64,000 bases of DNA. Origin: Methanomethylovorans hollandica DSM 15978 (lineage in GTDB: Archaea > Halobacteriota > Methanosarcinia > Methanosarcinales > Methanosarcinaceae). The notes under the pieces were generated by a model. The model had not been told where the DNA came from, searched no databases, and saw nothing but the letters and a program-made list of their open reading frames with translations. Location: the NCBI RefSeq assembly GCF_000328665.1, contig NC_019977.1, forward strand, positions 1,302,001 through 1,366,000, written 5' to 3'. Each line of letters starts with the position of its first letter. Positions within the stretch are counted from its first letter, which is position 1. Positions 41,811 through 51,331 of the stretch are shown here, piece by piece. Made by a program: the position numbers and the translations under genes.

Positions 41811-42999
41811 TCTTAAAGTAATGTTTTTTTTGGCATACAAGAACCTCACCAAAAGCAAAATAACTTTCATGGTCATTGTTGCCGTAATGGCCATGAGTTT
41901 CCTTTCCATTACTTTCTTTGCTTCGATCATTGATGGCCTGGGATATGAATTTGAAGAAGGGATGATCCGGGGGCAAACCGGACATCTCATGATAGAGCCT
42001 CAAGAAGATGAACTTTATATTTCAGGCTCAGGGAACCTTGTAAAAGACATCCGCAGAATTCCCGGCGTTGTAGGAGTTGCACGAAGACTTGATGCAAGCG
42101 CAGTAGCGAGGTATGAAACAATAGAGATAGGGAATCCCGTTCTCTTTATAGAACCTGAGAATGAGAAGGATGTATCAGACTACTGGAATAGCATTATTGT
42201 AGGGGAATATCTTTCAAAAAGAGATACAGCTGAATTACTGATAGGAGCAAATCTGGTTAAGTCCTACGCTGCAGAGGGAGACACACAAAAGAGATTTGAT
42301 GTGGATGTGGGAGATAAGATCACATTGAGCTTCAGCAACGGGTTCGTAAAAGAGTACAGAATAAAGGGTATATATAAAACGGGATCACGGTTTGTGGATG
42401 ACAAAATAATACTCAACTTCGACCAGTACCAGTTGATATTTGGTTCCACGGACGATATCGCATCTAACATCCTGATAGCACTTCCTCAAAGAGGTATGGA
42501 AGAACCTTATACAGAAAAGATAATCGATCTTGGGCTTAGTGAACAGATAAATAAATGGCAGACAAAAATGGGAGCTGTAAATCAGTTTGTGGGAAGTCTC
42601 CAGATCACAAATCAGATAACAGGCACTATCGGACTTCTAACTGCTTTTGCAACGATATATATAATAATATTTATCAACGTCACGAATAAAAGAAAACAGA
42701 TAGGTATACTCAAAGCAGTAGGTATTAAAAAGCAAATAATCCTGGGATCATATGTCCTGCAGTCACTGGCCTATGGGATCACGGGTGTCATAATAGGAAA
42801 TATAGTAATGAAGTTATTACTCATACTGCTGTCGATACATCCGCTTAGCATGCCGATCGGCCAAGTGGTCCCGATCCTGACCACGGAGAGACTTATGACA
42901 ACCAGTGCCACACTTATACTGGCATCGATAGTTGCCGGTTTTTTCCCCTCACGAAAAGCAGCTGATGAAAATATACTGGATGCAATATTCGGAGGCTGA
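41797..42999 (+). CDS. MacB/FtsX-family ABC permease
   Basis: TM, extracellular domain, 3 TM; IGILKAVG. Confidence 0.9.
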   Translation: MENNDLKVMFFLAYKNLTKSKITFMVIVAVMAMSFLSITFFASIIDGLGYEFEEGMIRGQTGHLMIEPQEDELYISGSGNLVKDIRRIPGVVGVARRLDASAVARYETIEIGNPVLFIEPENEKDVSDYWNSIIVGEYLSKRDTAELLIGANLVKSYAAEGDTQKRFDVDVGDKITLSFSNGFVKEYRIKGIYKTGSRFVDDKIILNFDQYQLIFGSTDDIASNILIALPQRGMEEPYTEKIIDLGLSEQINKWQTKMGAVNQFVGSLQITNQITGTIGLLTAFATIYIIIFINVTNKRKQIGILKAVGIKKQIILGSYVLQSLAYGITGVIIGNIVMKLLLILLSIHPLSMPIGQVVPILTTERLMTTSATLILASIVAGFFPSRKAADENILDAIFGG

Positions 43000-43001
43000 G
43001 C

Positions 43002-43697
43002 ATGGAAAGGGTGATAATCAAGACCGAGAATCTTGAAAGGGTTTATACTACAGGTGCTGTTAAGACATATGCCCTTAGAGATATAAGTGTTGAAATAAAC
43101 GAGGGTGAGTTTGTTGCCATTATGGGTAAGAGCGGAAGCGGCAAAAGCACTTTGTTGCATCAGCTGGGACTTCTGGATAAGCCTACAAAAGGCAGTATAA
43201 CTATAGGTGGAAATGATGTCATTAATATTTCTGAAAAAGAGAGGACCAGATTCAGGCTCCATGAATTAGGTTATGTTTTTCAGTCATATAACCTGATACC
43301 AGAACTTACAGCTATTGAAAATGTCTATATTACGGCAATGGCAAGAAATCTGAAAAAAAAAGAGTACGAGAAAATGGCAGAGGAGATTCTTGCTGCAGTG
43401 GGACTAGAAGACAGGATGTATCACTACCCTTCCGAGCTTTCCGGGGGGCAACAGCAGAGAGTGTCCATTGCAAGAGCATTGGTCAATAAGCCAAAGATCC
43501 TCTTTGCGGACGAACCAACAGCTAATCTTGATTCTGCTTCATCTGAGGATGTCATAAACCTGTTCAGGAAATTCAATAAGGAGATCGGGCAAACTATAGT
43601 AATGGTCACACATGAGAAGGACGAAGGGGATAAGGCAGACCGGATAATCTGGGTCAAGGATGGATTATTGGATATGGACAAGCTGGAGAATGTTTAA
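43002..43697 (+). CDS. ABC ATP-binding protein (LolD/MacB-like)
   Basis: GKSGSGKS, LSGGQQQRV, ADEPT. Confidence 0.95.
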   Translation: MERVIIKTENLERVYTTGAVKTYALRDISVEINEGEFVAIMGKSGSGKSTLLHQLGLLDKPTKGSITIGGNDVINISEKERTRFRLHELGYVFQSYNLIPELTAIENVYITAMARNLKKKEYEKMAEEILAAVGLEDRMYHYPSELSGGQQQRVSIARALVNKPKILFADEPTANLDSASSEDVINLFRKFNKEIGQTIVMVTHEKDEGDKADRIIWVKDGLLDMDKLENV

Positions 43698-44193
43698 TAT
43701 CAGAATTGTATAACAAGCACAGAAAGTTTGTAAAGAGAGCACAAGCTGTATCAGATAACACACACGTTCAGATAGCTAGTTGTGAGTATTTAAAGAGGAT
43801 AGACACGTGCCGTGTATTCTAGAAACTTGCCTGTGCCAGCTGCATACTTGTAATTCATTAAAAAGTCAGTTGCCTTTTCGTTTTTTGCTGATATTGCTTT
43901 GCTGCCCTGATTAGAATAAAAGCAAATTAATTTTAGTTTATCTAAATTGTGAGAAACTGTAGCCAATAGACTGTAAAAGGAATACTTGCAGATGTCTGTT
44001 AGTATTTGACAATATCTTCAACATAACGGCTGTCATACCTTTGATTTTCTGAGTTAAACCCAAAGAAAACACTGATATAAGACTTATCAACGCCTTTGAC
44101 AGTAGTAATACCGTGAATATAATATGCCGAATATGTATATATAAAAAAGTTCGCTCCTTATTCTTGTAATCATAGAACAATGGAGCTGATATT

Positions 44194-44508
44194 ATGGTAA
44201 TAATGGCATGGTATATCAAATGGAATGGAGCACTGCTCGGTAAAAGCAAGAAATTCTTCATGATCGATGGAGGAAAATACTTCGCTCCAGAAACATTGAA
44301 TATGGAATACTTCAAGGACAATGGGAATCAAACATCATCTCCAAAGGGAAAGCTCAATTACTACGACATCGTTGTCAATGGTAAAGTGAATAAAGATGCA
44401 GCTTGGTATTATTCCGAGCCAACGGAAGAGGCGATCAAGGCCATAAATTCTGATTTTACAAATTATGTTGCTTTTGGAAAAGGTGTGGATTTATCAATAT
44501 ATCCCTAA
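44194..44508 (+). CDS. DUF427 domain protein
   Basis: WNG, YF.P, KG...YYD, AAWYY.EP, YVAF. Confidence 0.8.
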   Translation: MVIMAWYIKWNGALLGKSKKFFMIDGGKYFAPETLNMEYFKDNGNQTSSPKGKLNYYDIVVNGKVNKDAAWYYSEPTEEAIKAINSDFTNYVAFGKGVDLSIYP

Positions 44509-44513
44509 TCTAT

Positions 44514-44610
44514 CCATTTTTAATTATTGTGAGTTTTTTCCAGGCAGTTATAGTTGAAACATAATGTATTGGAATACCATCGCACCTACAACCAGCTATC
44601 AGGATAAAGA
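44514..44610. repeat. ~100-bp direct repeat B (second copy at 48165-48264)
   Basis: Two mismatches; copy 1 is interrupted near its end by ISH3. Confidence 0.95.
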
Positions 44611-45888
44611 CAGTACTTAGCTAATTTTATCTCCCTTTTGTTCCTGCCACTGTTGAATTATCTTAAACACTGCACTACTAACTGAATTCTTAACTTTCTT
44701 CTTAACCATTCTTCAACAAACATAATAAATCTGGCAAACCTGAACTTATCCTCATCAATAGTTATTGGACCTGTTTGTGCTATTGTGAAATGCTTTTTCT
44801 GGAGGTAAAGCCATGCATTTCTGAGCAGGAATGATAGAAGCGTAAAGAAATATCTGAAAGTCACATCTCTTGTTGATGTTCTTGGTTTGACTATATTTCT
44901 CATCCTGTACGAGGACTCGATAGCAAATCGTCTTCTATAGACCGTACTAATCTTTCTTGGAGGCCATTTTACCCCATAAACAACAAACCCAAGGTTTTCA
45001 CATCCATGTTTACCTCTTTTACCTTTGAGGTACTTTACATCAATTACAAAGTCTAAGTGAACTTCTTTCTTTTGAGCATTCTTCATTACATACTCAGTAG
45101 ACCTTGCTTTTCTCCCATCTAGTAGTTGCTTTACCTCATTTCCCCTTTTTACTATTGGTATGATATGTGGGATATTCCTGTTCTGTAAGAACTCAAACAC
45201 ATCTACAGAATTGAATTCTCTATCTAAACAAAGTACCTTGATATTGAAATTTAGTTTTCCAATGAGATCTACAAAATAAGTAAGGTAATCGACCTTTGTT
45301 TTATTCGTCTCAACCGGAAGAACTGCAATAGTATACCTATCATTCTTGTTTATAATTGAAAGTGATACATATGAATAAAATGAGTTTGTAGATTTCTTGG
45401 CCTGACTACGTATCACATAGCCTTCATTGGATGAATCAGTCGTTCCGTAATAAGGATCATTTGTAAAATCGATAGCAAACTCATACTTTTTCATTGATTT
45501 TAGAGTACTGACAAAGGCTTGAAAAAGAATACTCTCATTTACCTTGATAAGCTCTGCAAGATTCAGTTTCTTGAGATGATATCTTAAAGACGTCTCACAG
45601 GGAATCTCTTGATAGTGTTTTGATGCAGAGTGAACTGAACTATTATCCACTGCCATACAGATAGCAGTGTAAAAAAGATCTTTGAGGGTCAGTGAACCAT
45701 TTATATTGATATCGATATTATCTAAGAGTGGTTTAAGAGCAGTATCAATACATTGTTTTGGCCTTAATTCGACTTTATCACAGATCCTTGAATTGAATGG
45801 GAGAAATGACATATGGCGGCGTTCACGCCGCATATAAAGGTATCGGAAGAAGTTGCGATGTGGCTAAATTGAAATTAGCGAAGTACTG
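44611..45888 (-). mobile_element. ISH3-family insertion sequence, apparently intact
   Basis: TIRs CAGTACTTAGCTAATTT / AAATTAGCGAAGTACTG; 5-bp AAAGA duplication on both sides. Confidence 0.92.
44658..45833 (-). CDS. ISH3-family DDE transposase
   Basis: AIDF...PYYG, LCLDREF, YRRRFAIESSYR. Confidence 0.9.
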   Translation of the reverse strand: MRRERRHMSFLPFNSRICDKVELRPKQCIDTALKPLLDNIDININGSLTLKDLFYTAICMAVDNSSVHSASKHYQEIPCETSLRYHLKKLNLAELIKVNESILFQAFVSTLKSMKKYEFAIDFTNDPYYGTTDSSNEGYVIRSQAKKSTNSFYSYVSLSIINKNDRYTIAVLPVETNKTKVDYLTYFVDLIGKLNFNIKVLCLDREFNSVDVFEFLQNRNIPHIIPIVKRGNEVKQLLDGRKARSTEYVMKNAQKKEVHLDFVIDVKYLKGKRGKHGCENLGFVVYGVKWPPRKISTVYRRRFAIESSYRMRNIVKPRTSTRDVTFRYFFTLLSFLLRNAWLYLQKKHFTIAQTGPITIDEDKFRFARFIMFVEEWLRRKLRIQLVVQCLR

Positions 45889-45934
45889 AAAGAGAATTGA
45901 ATATTGCACATTATCTCTTAAGATTTTCAGAAAA

Positions 45935-46013
45935 GTCACACCCTTGCGGAGTACGCTGTGGACATATCCAAAGGACAGAGTTATTAAGAGAATAAAAGAC
46001 ATTATTTATAGTT
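45935..46013. repeat. Repeat A, second copy
   Basis: Matches 39486-39564. Confidence 0.95.
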
Positions 46014-46055
46014 GCTAACCAAACTTTTGTTACTTACTAAACCTAATAATAGATT

Positions 46056-46775
46056 ATGGCTAAACCTGAACAAATTCCAATTGAACATCATCTTTCATCC
46101 GAGGAATTGCTTAAAAGAATAAAATCATTAGAAAAAGACACAAGAGTTTTACAGCGTCTTTATTTTGTTAAACATCGCTACGAAGGTGCTTCAGTTACAG
46201 AATCCGCCAAGCTCGTAGGAACCTCTAAACCTGTAGCTTATCAGTGGCAAGAACGCTGGAACAAGGATGGCTATGATGGTTTGATACCTCGGTTTGCAGG
46301 AGGATGTCCTTCCAAACTTTTTGATGAACAAAAAGAGAAATTAGAAAAGATTTTACATCAGAGGGATGATTGGTCAACAAAGGAAGTTAAGGAACTTATT
46401 TTCAATAAGTTCAATGTCACAGCAGATGTTGGAAATCCAATGCATACAGATGGTGTTATAGATCAATATCAAAATCAAGCTGCTCATATGGCCTATGAAC
46501 TACATGTTAGTAATAGTTGGTCATCTGGTCACTGCTATAATAATATTGTAAAATCAAATATAGCTTATAAAACTGTGACAGACCCGGGAGTTGCCACCCA
46601 AAATTTAGCTAAATTTAGTAATCCCTATTATGATACATTATGGCTTGAAGTCAATAAAGGTATGCATCAGGATACATTGTACCAGAATGCTAATATTAAG
46701 TATATGACACAAGTTCTTGTTAGTCAGACATCTAAGTATGTTAATGGATTGGCATATTACCTAAAAAATTCTTAA
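46056..46775 (+). pseudogene. Chimera: IS630-family transposase N-terminal HTH fused near 46418 to a Zn-phospholipase C-like C-terminal fragment
   Basis: QRLYFVK..YEG.SV..SA..VG.SKPVAYQWQERWN..G..GL.PRFAGG, then ADVGNPMHT...H.AYE. Confidence 0.7.
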
Positions 46776-46873
46776 AATTGAGTAATAATATAATGATTAT
46801 GTAAATGATCATTATATTATTTTTCTATATGGTCAGTAAAATCAGACTTTAAAATATTGGAGATATATAATAG

Positions 46874-47287
46874 GTGATTCTAATGAATTTAAAAAAAATG
46901 CTGAGGTGGACCCCATTATTATTTGTTATATTATTACTGGTAGCAATTATTCTATTACCGTATGCTTTGGATAAAGGACTCCCATTATTTTATGTCACAA
47001 ATGAAGATTACATGCCCCATAATCTAAAAGTGGAAGTGACAACTCTGTCAAATGAAACACTTTATAATGAGACCATTAACTTAAAAGCCCGTGATCAATT
47101 AAGGGTTGAGAGGAATTTATTAACCTTTGTAAAAATCAAACAAGCACCTAAGAGTGTGTTGAATTATAGAGTTACACTTGACTCGAATTTACCAGTTTCT
47201 AAAAATCTCACTGTTTCAGAGGGATTTTATGCATATATGATGATAGATAAATCAAATATATCTCTCGAATCAGCAACTTTCATGTAA
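46874..47287 (+). CDS. Hypothetical membrane-anchored protein
   Basis: N-terminal TM, AT-rich 137 aa ORF. Confidence 0.55.
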   Translation: MILMNLKKMLRWTPLLFVILLLVAIILLPYALDKGLPLFYVTNEDYMPHNLKVEVTTLSNETLYNETINLKARDQLRVERNLLTFVKIKQAPKSVLNYRVTLDSNLPVSKNLTVSEGFYAYMMIDKSNISLESATFM

Positions 47288-47421
47288 ATTTGATACTCAA
47301 AATATTAATTATTTTACTTAACTGGGTAAATACCAGTTTTTCTTTATTTATGGCTCTTTTGCTTAATTTACCCAGATTGGATTGTATAGTTCAAACTAAA
47401 CCCACCCTGCCAGCCTCCTCT

Positions 47422-48164
47422 GGTATTGTTAACTAAAGATGGTTAACTCCTTATTTCTGTATTTCATTAATAGAAGAACAGAGTACTTCAGCATTTCAAG
47501 ACTCTTAGTATAACACTTTGTCTTTCTTCTCAATCTTGCCAGGAAGTGTCTCAATATGCTGTTATATCCTTCAACGGTATATGTTTCAGCTTTGGATTGA
47601 GTATGGATAGTTTCTGGAAGAAACTCTGCATATGCTCTCCAGTAATCAGTCATCACTTTGTCTATCTTCTTCTTCTTCTCTAACTTTTCCCAGAATTGTT
47701 GTCCGGTTTACGTTCCTCTGCTACCAAAAGAGCAGTCGATGAACTTTTCCCCACCTCTATCAACAACAATCCATATCCAGCAATATTTTTTTTGTTCCCG
47801 ATGTAGGTGTGCATCTCATCCAGTTCAACAATATCTATCTCATTTTCGCTTTTTAGTTCCTCGAATTCCTGACCAAACTTCTTTATCTATTTCTGGACAG
47901 AAACATGACTTACACCTAAAATTCGTCCTATTGAACGAAATCCTAATCCCTCAAGATAGAGTTGCAAAGCCTGTCTTTTAACAAAAGAAGAGAAAGCAGT
48001 TGATTCTATCTCTACTGAATAGTTATAGCTGCAATCATGGCAGTGGTATCGTTGGCGTTCACTTATTTTTCCGTTCTTTTTATGATTAGGGCTTTTGCAC
48101 CGGGGACAGTTCATACAGAACTATAAGTCCTCATAACATCTACCTATGTTTACTTACCACTACC
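47422..48164 (-). mobile_element. IS1-family element, inactivated
   Basis: Ends GGTAGTGGTAAGTAA / GGTATTGTTAACTAA; InsA CPRC..C..C plus HTH; A8 slippery site; InsB ELDEMHTY...TDYWRAY; premature TAG and TAA. Confidence 0.88.
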
Positions 48165-48264
48165 CCATTTTTAATTATTGTGAGTTTTCTCCAGGCAGTT
48201 ATAGTTAAAACATAATGTATTGGAATACCATCGCACCTACAACCAGCTATCAGGATAAAGAGAA
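48165..48264. repeat. Repeat B, second copy
   Basis: Begins directly at the IS1 end. Confidence 0.95.
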
Positions 48265-48413
48265 TAGCCACTGGATGCAGTTTAATAAACTTTCATTGTG
48301 TTTTTAAGTTGACGCAAATCCATTCATGGCATCTACACAGAGCCTGAGATACATCACCCTTAAATAAGCAATGTTCCATCCTATCTTTAAGTATTAGTTA
48401 AACGGGTGAAACA

Positions 48414-48617
48414 ATGGACACCTCTAAAAAGATAAAAAATACGGCTGAAAAGGAAAAAGACATTACAATCCCTACCATCGAAGAAGAGATAGATGCATGG
48501 TGCGAACTCCCGTCCAAGACATCAGATTCCAAAAGCATAGCTGATGTAGAGATAGATGACTGGTGTGCAGGCTCAAAGGAATCTGCTATCCAGCCGGAAA
48601 AGAAGAAAAAGAACTGA
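48414..48617 (+). CDS. Small charged hypothetical protein
   Basis: GGGTGA upstream; duplicated EIDAWC/EIDDWC motif. Confidence 0.6.
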   Translation: MDTSKKIKNTAEKEKDITIPTIEEEIDAWCELPSKTSDSKSIADVEIDDWCAGSKESAIQPEKKKKN

Positions 48618-48909
48618 TCTTTTAGGAGACATGCTTTAGGAGATCATTCTCCTTTCTTAATGGAAAGATAGAGACTTCCATGTCCAAAAGTTTCCCACAG
48701 TTCCAGATGTGTGCTTAACATCGTATCAGATGGCAATGCATACAATAACACTCCCTGTTGTAAAATCAGGAGAATCCATCAGTTCTTGGTAGCAAACTCG
48801 TAGAAATGTGAACCCATTAAACATTATAATTAAGCGAGCACTATAAAACTCTATTTAAACAAAAAAAATTGTATAATAAAAATAAAAAGAGGTGTAGAGG
48901 CAATTTCAA

Positions 48910-49473
48910 TTATGGTATGACAAATACCATTGCAGCCACTACTGTAGTCCATTTTCCTTCTTTATCCCCTTTTGCACACTGGCAGGTGTGAAGTGAATCA
49001 AAGATATGGCCACTTGCTTTGTAAACCTGTTCACGCTCATGCCATGCAGATTCTACATTGAACTCAATACCCAATGTTGTTGCCAGCATGGTTGCAGCAA
49101 GGTCCTCTGCATATTCTCCTGCAGTGATCTCATCTTCTCCAAAGGAATGATGTTCTGAGATGTATCCATACTGTTCCTTTGCTGCCACTGGTATGGCAGT
49201 ACCGATCGCAGCCGCCATAAGACGGTGAGGTTCATTTGTCTGGTTTCTTGCAAGGACACAATGAACTATAGCTCCTGGTTTTAGTTCAGGAAGACCTTCC
49301 TCCTTTTCTACTATCCTGCAATTCGGAGGCAATATGCTTGAAACAGATACGAGGTTATACTTCTCTATACCTGCATTCCTTAAGGCCAATTCAAAAGATG
49401 CGAGCATGTCTTTATGAACACCAGCGCCTTTGACCATGAAAGCTTTTGTTGGTATCATACTCACTCCAATCAC
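48910..49473 (-). CDS. pdaD: Pyruvoyl-dependent arginine decarboxylase
   Basis: SFELALRNAGIEKYNLVSVSSILPP cleavage site, GYISEHH. Confidence 0.92.
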   Translation of the reverse strand: MIGVSMIPTKAFMVKGAGVHKDMLASFELALRNAGIEKYNLVSVSSILPPNCRIVEKEEGLPELKPGAIVHCVLARNQTNEPHRLMAAAIGTAIPVAAKEQYGYISEHHSFGEDEITAGEYAEDLAATMLATTLGIEFNVESAWHEREQVYKASGHIFDSLHTCQCAKGDKEGKWTTVVAAMVFVIP

Positions 49474-49591
49474 AACTTCATATATTAAGGTTTTCTATTT
49501 TCGACACTTGCACACGATTCTTTAACGATCTGCTATGACTTATCTCTTTAAAAAACAGAAAAGGAAGTATGCAAAGGCTGACTGAAAACTA

Positions 49592-50767
49592 TCAGCCCTG
49601 ATTCCTGCGATGAAAGGCATACATCTGGACTTTTTTCATCTTTGCAAGGTTCTGGATCCTTTGTATCTCATCTTCTTCAATCACTCTTGCATCTATATAA
49701 CCGCAGTCTGCAGCTTCGTTGAATATTTCATATCCTATAGAAGACCGGGTAAGCACGGAGGTCCAGCCATTGGGAGTTCCCACACCTCCAAAAGAGATAT
49801 CAGTGTTTTCAGCAGCCATATCTGTGCAGTATTTGCATGAACTGCTACGATAATTATCAAGCTCCTGCAGATCAAAGTTTTCCTGTCCTGCTGCTGTTGT
49901 GACCTCGAATTTCCCTTTCCTGATCTTCATAGCTTCGATGTCTCCAAGATGCATGTTCTTGCCTTCAATGAACTGCTTCAGCCCCCCATAATCAAAACTG
50001 TCCATGCAGAACAGACCCAGCTTGAATATCCTTGCCCTCATGAACATGTGCAGGAAACCACGGGAACTTCTTTGCATCTTGTGTACGGCATCTATATTGC
50101 AGCTTGGGCCTACAAAGGCAATACTGTTCATCCCCTGTCGGATCGCGCTCATCAGGGCATCCATTGTCATACTGTGACTGTAGATACTACCTGAGGATTG
50201 CAAGAGATCCTCATATGTCCGTGCCACTATAGGCACGGGTTTCCATGGCTCTTCATCGGAACTTGCAGTAACGATAGCACAGTCGATAAGACCTTCCTCA
50301 AGACCATATGCAAGCATAGCAGTGACCACGCCCCCATCCTGCCCTTTGATCTCCTTAAGATTGGACTTTGCAGCATATGCTTGCCTCAGACAGCCTATCA
50401 AGCCTTCTTCAGTAGTTATTGTCCTCGGACACTGGTTGTAACATACTCCGCATGCTGTGCATTTACCTGTTAGCTTTGGTTGCCCCTCCTCTAAAGAAAT
50501 GGAGTCACATATGGAAGCACAGGCGCCACACATCGTGCAGATGCCAGGTTTGATAATATCATTACGTAGTTTTGCAAAAGAGATCTTTTCACGCTCTTGT
50601 AGAGAGCGCTTAAGACGGATAGTGTTCCTTTCGACTCTATCCATGGATTTGTTGCAGGAAAACGGAGTCATACTATATTCTATTCTGTGACGTTCTCTTA
50701 TAAAATCTATGTCCCTGAGAGGGGAGGGTTTACATTCGGCGCTTTTCAGCATCTTATTCACCTGCAT
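49592..50767 (-). CDS. F420 hydrogenase/dehydrogenase beta-subunit (FrhB family) with ferredoxin domain
   Basis: CTMCGACASIC, CTACGVCYNQCPR, QDGGVVT, LGLFCMDSF, CKYCTD. Confidence 0.88.
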   Translation of the reverse strand: MQVNKMLKSAECKPSPLRDIDFIRERHRIEYSMTPFSCNKSMDRVERNTIRLKRSLQEREKISFAKLRNDIIKPGICTMCGACASICDSISLEEGQPKLTGKCTACGVCYNQCPRTITTEEGLIGCLRQAYAAKSNLKEIKGQDGGVVTAMLAYGLEEGLIDCAIVTASSDEEPWKPVPIVARTYEDLLQSSGSIYSHSMTMDALMSAIRQGMNSIAFVGPSCNIDAVHKMQRSSRGFLHMFMRARIFKLGLFCMDSFDYGGLKQFIEGKNMHLGDIEAMKIRKGKFEVTTAAGQENFDLQELDNYRSSSCKYCTDMAAENTDISFGGVGTPNGWTSVLTRSSIGYEIFNEAADCGYIDARVIEEDEIQRIQNLAKMKKVQMYAFHRRNQG

Positions 50768-51331
50768 GAAGATGCATGATGTTTTTGTATCAGCAAAATC
50801 TGCAAATTTAAGATAGAACTTGTATTATTTAATATTAATTTTAATTAAAAATCATTAGGTATTTAGAAAAGTTCATAGGCTTCTCTAAACTCATGGAAGT
50901 ACTGACTGATCCAAATGCATTCCCCCTGCGCTGCAAGGGAATGTACTTCGATCTTAAGACAAACAAAACCTCATCATCTCACATTATGTACAGGTTGCGG
51001 CACTGCAACCCACAAGCAAAATCAATCTGGTAAATCCTTCATCCTTGAAGTCCAGGTTATCATCAAGGATAAATAAGGTTCTATAATTCCCTGCCCCAAT
51101 TTTTAGCCTTCTCCATACTGTTATATTTGAATCATACCATTTTAGCTATAACTCTACCTGAAAACAGTTATCAGGAAAAAGAGAATGCCACTGATGACCT
51201 TATGATCATCAGCTCTCTTTTTCCGAGAATTGATTGTGGTGGTATGTGTGGATTTATATACTTCAATTGTTCAGCAAAGAGTTTTCTGAATTCCATTAAA
51301 ACCCTCATAATAGCATTCAAAGAGGTTGTAT

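Noticed and set aside
47887..47889. In-frame TAG in IS1 insA as pyrrolysine readthrough
   Set aside because: It sits at an expected Trp (TGG to TAG), and insB also carries a TAA, so decay is simpler
50880..51330. Possible gene debris between the FrhB-family gene and the ATPase
   Set aside because: Short broken frames with no family I can recognise
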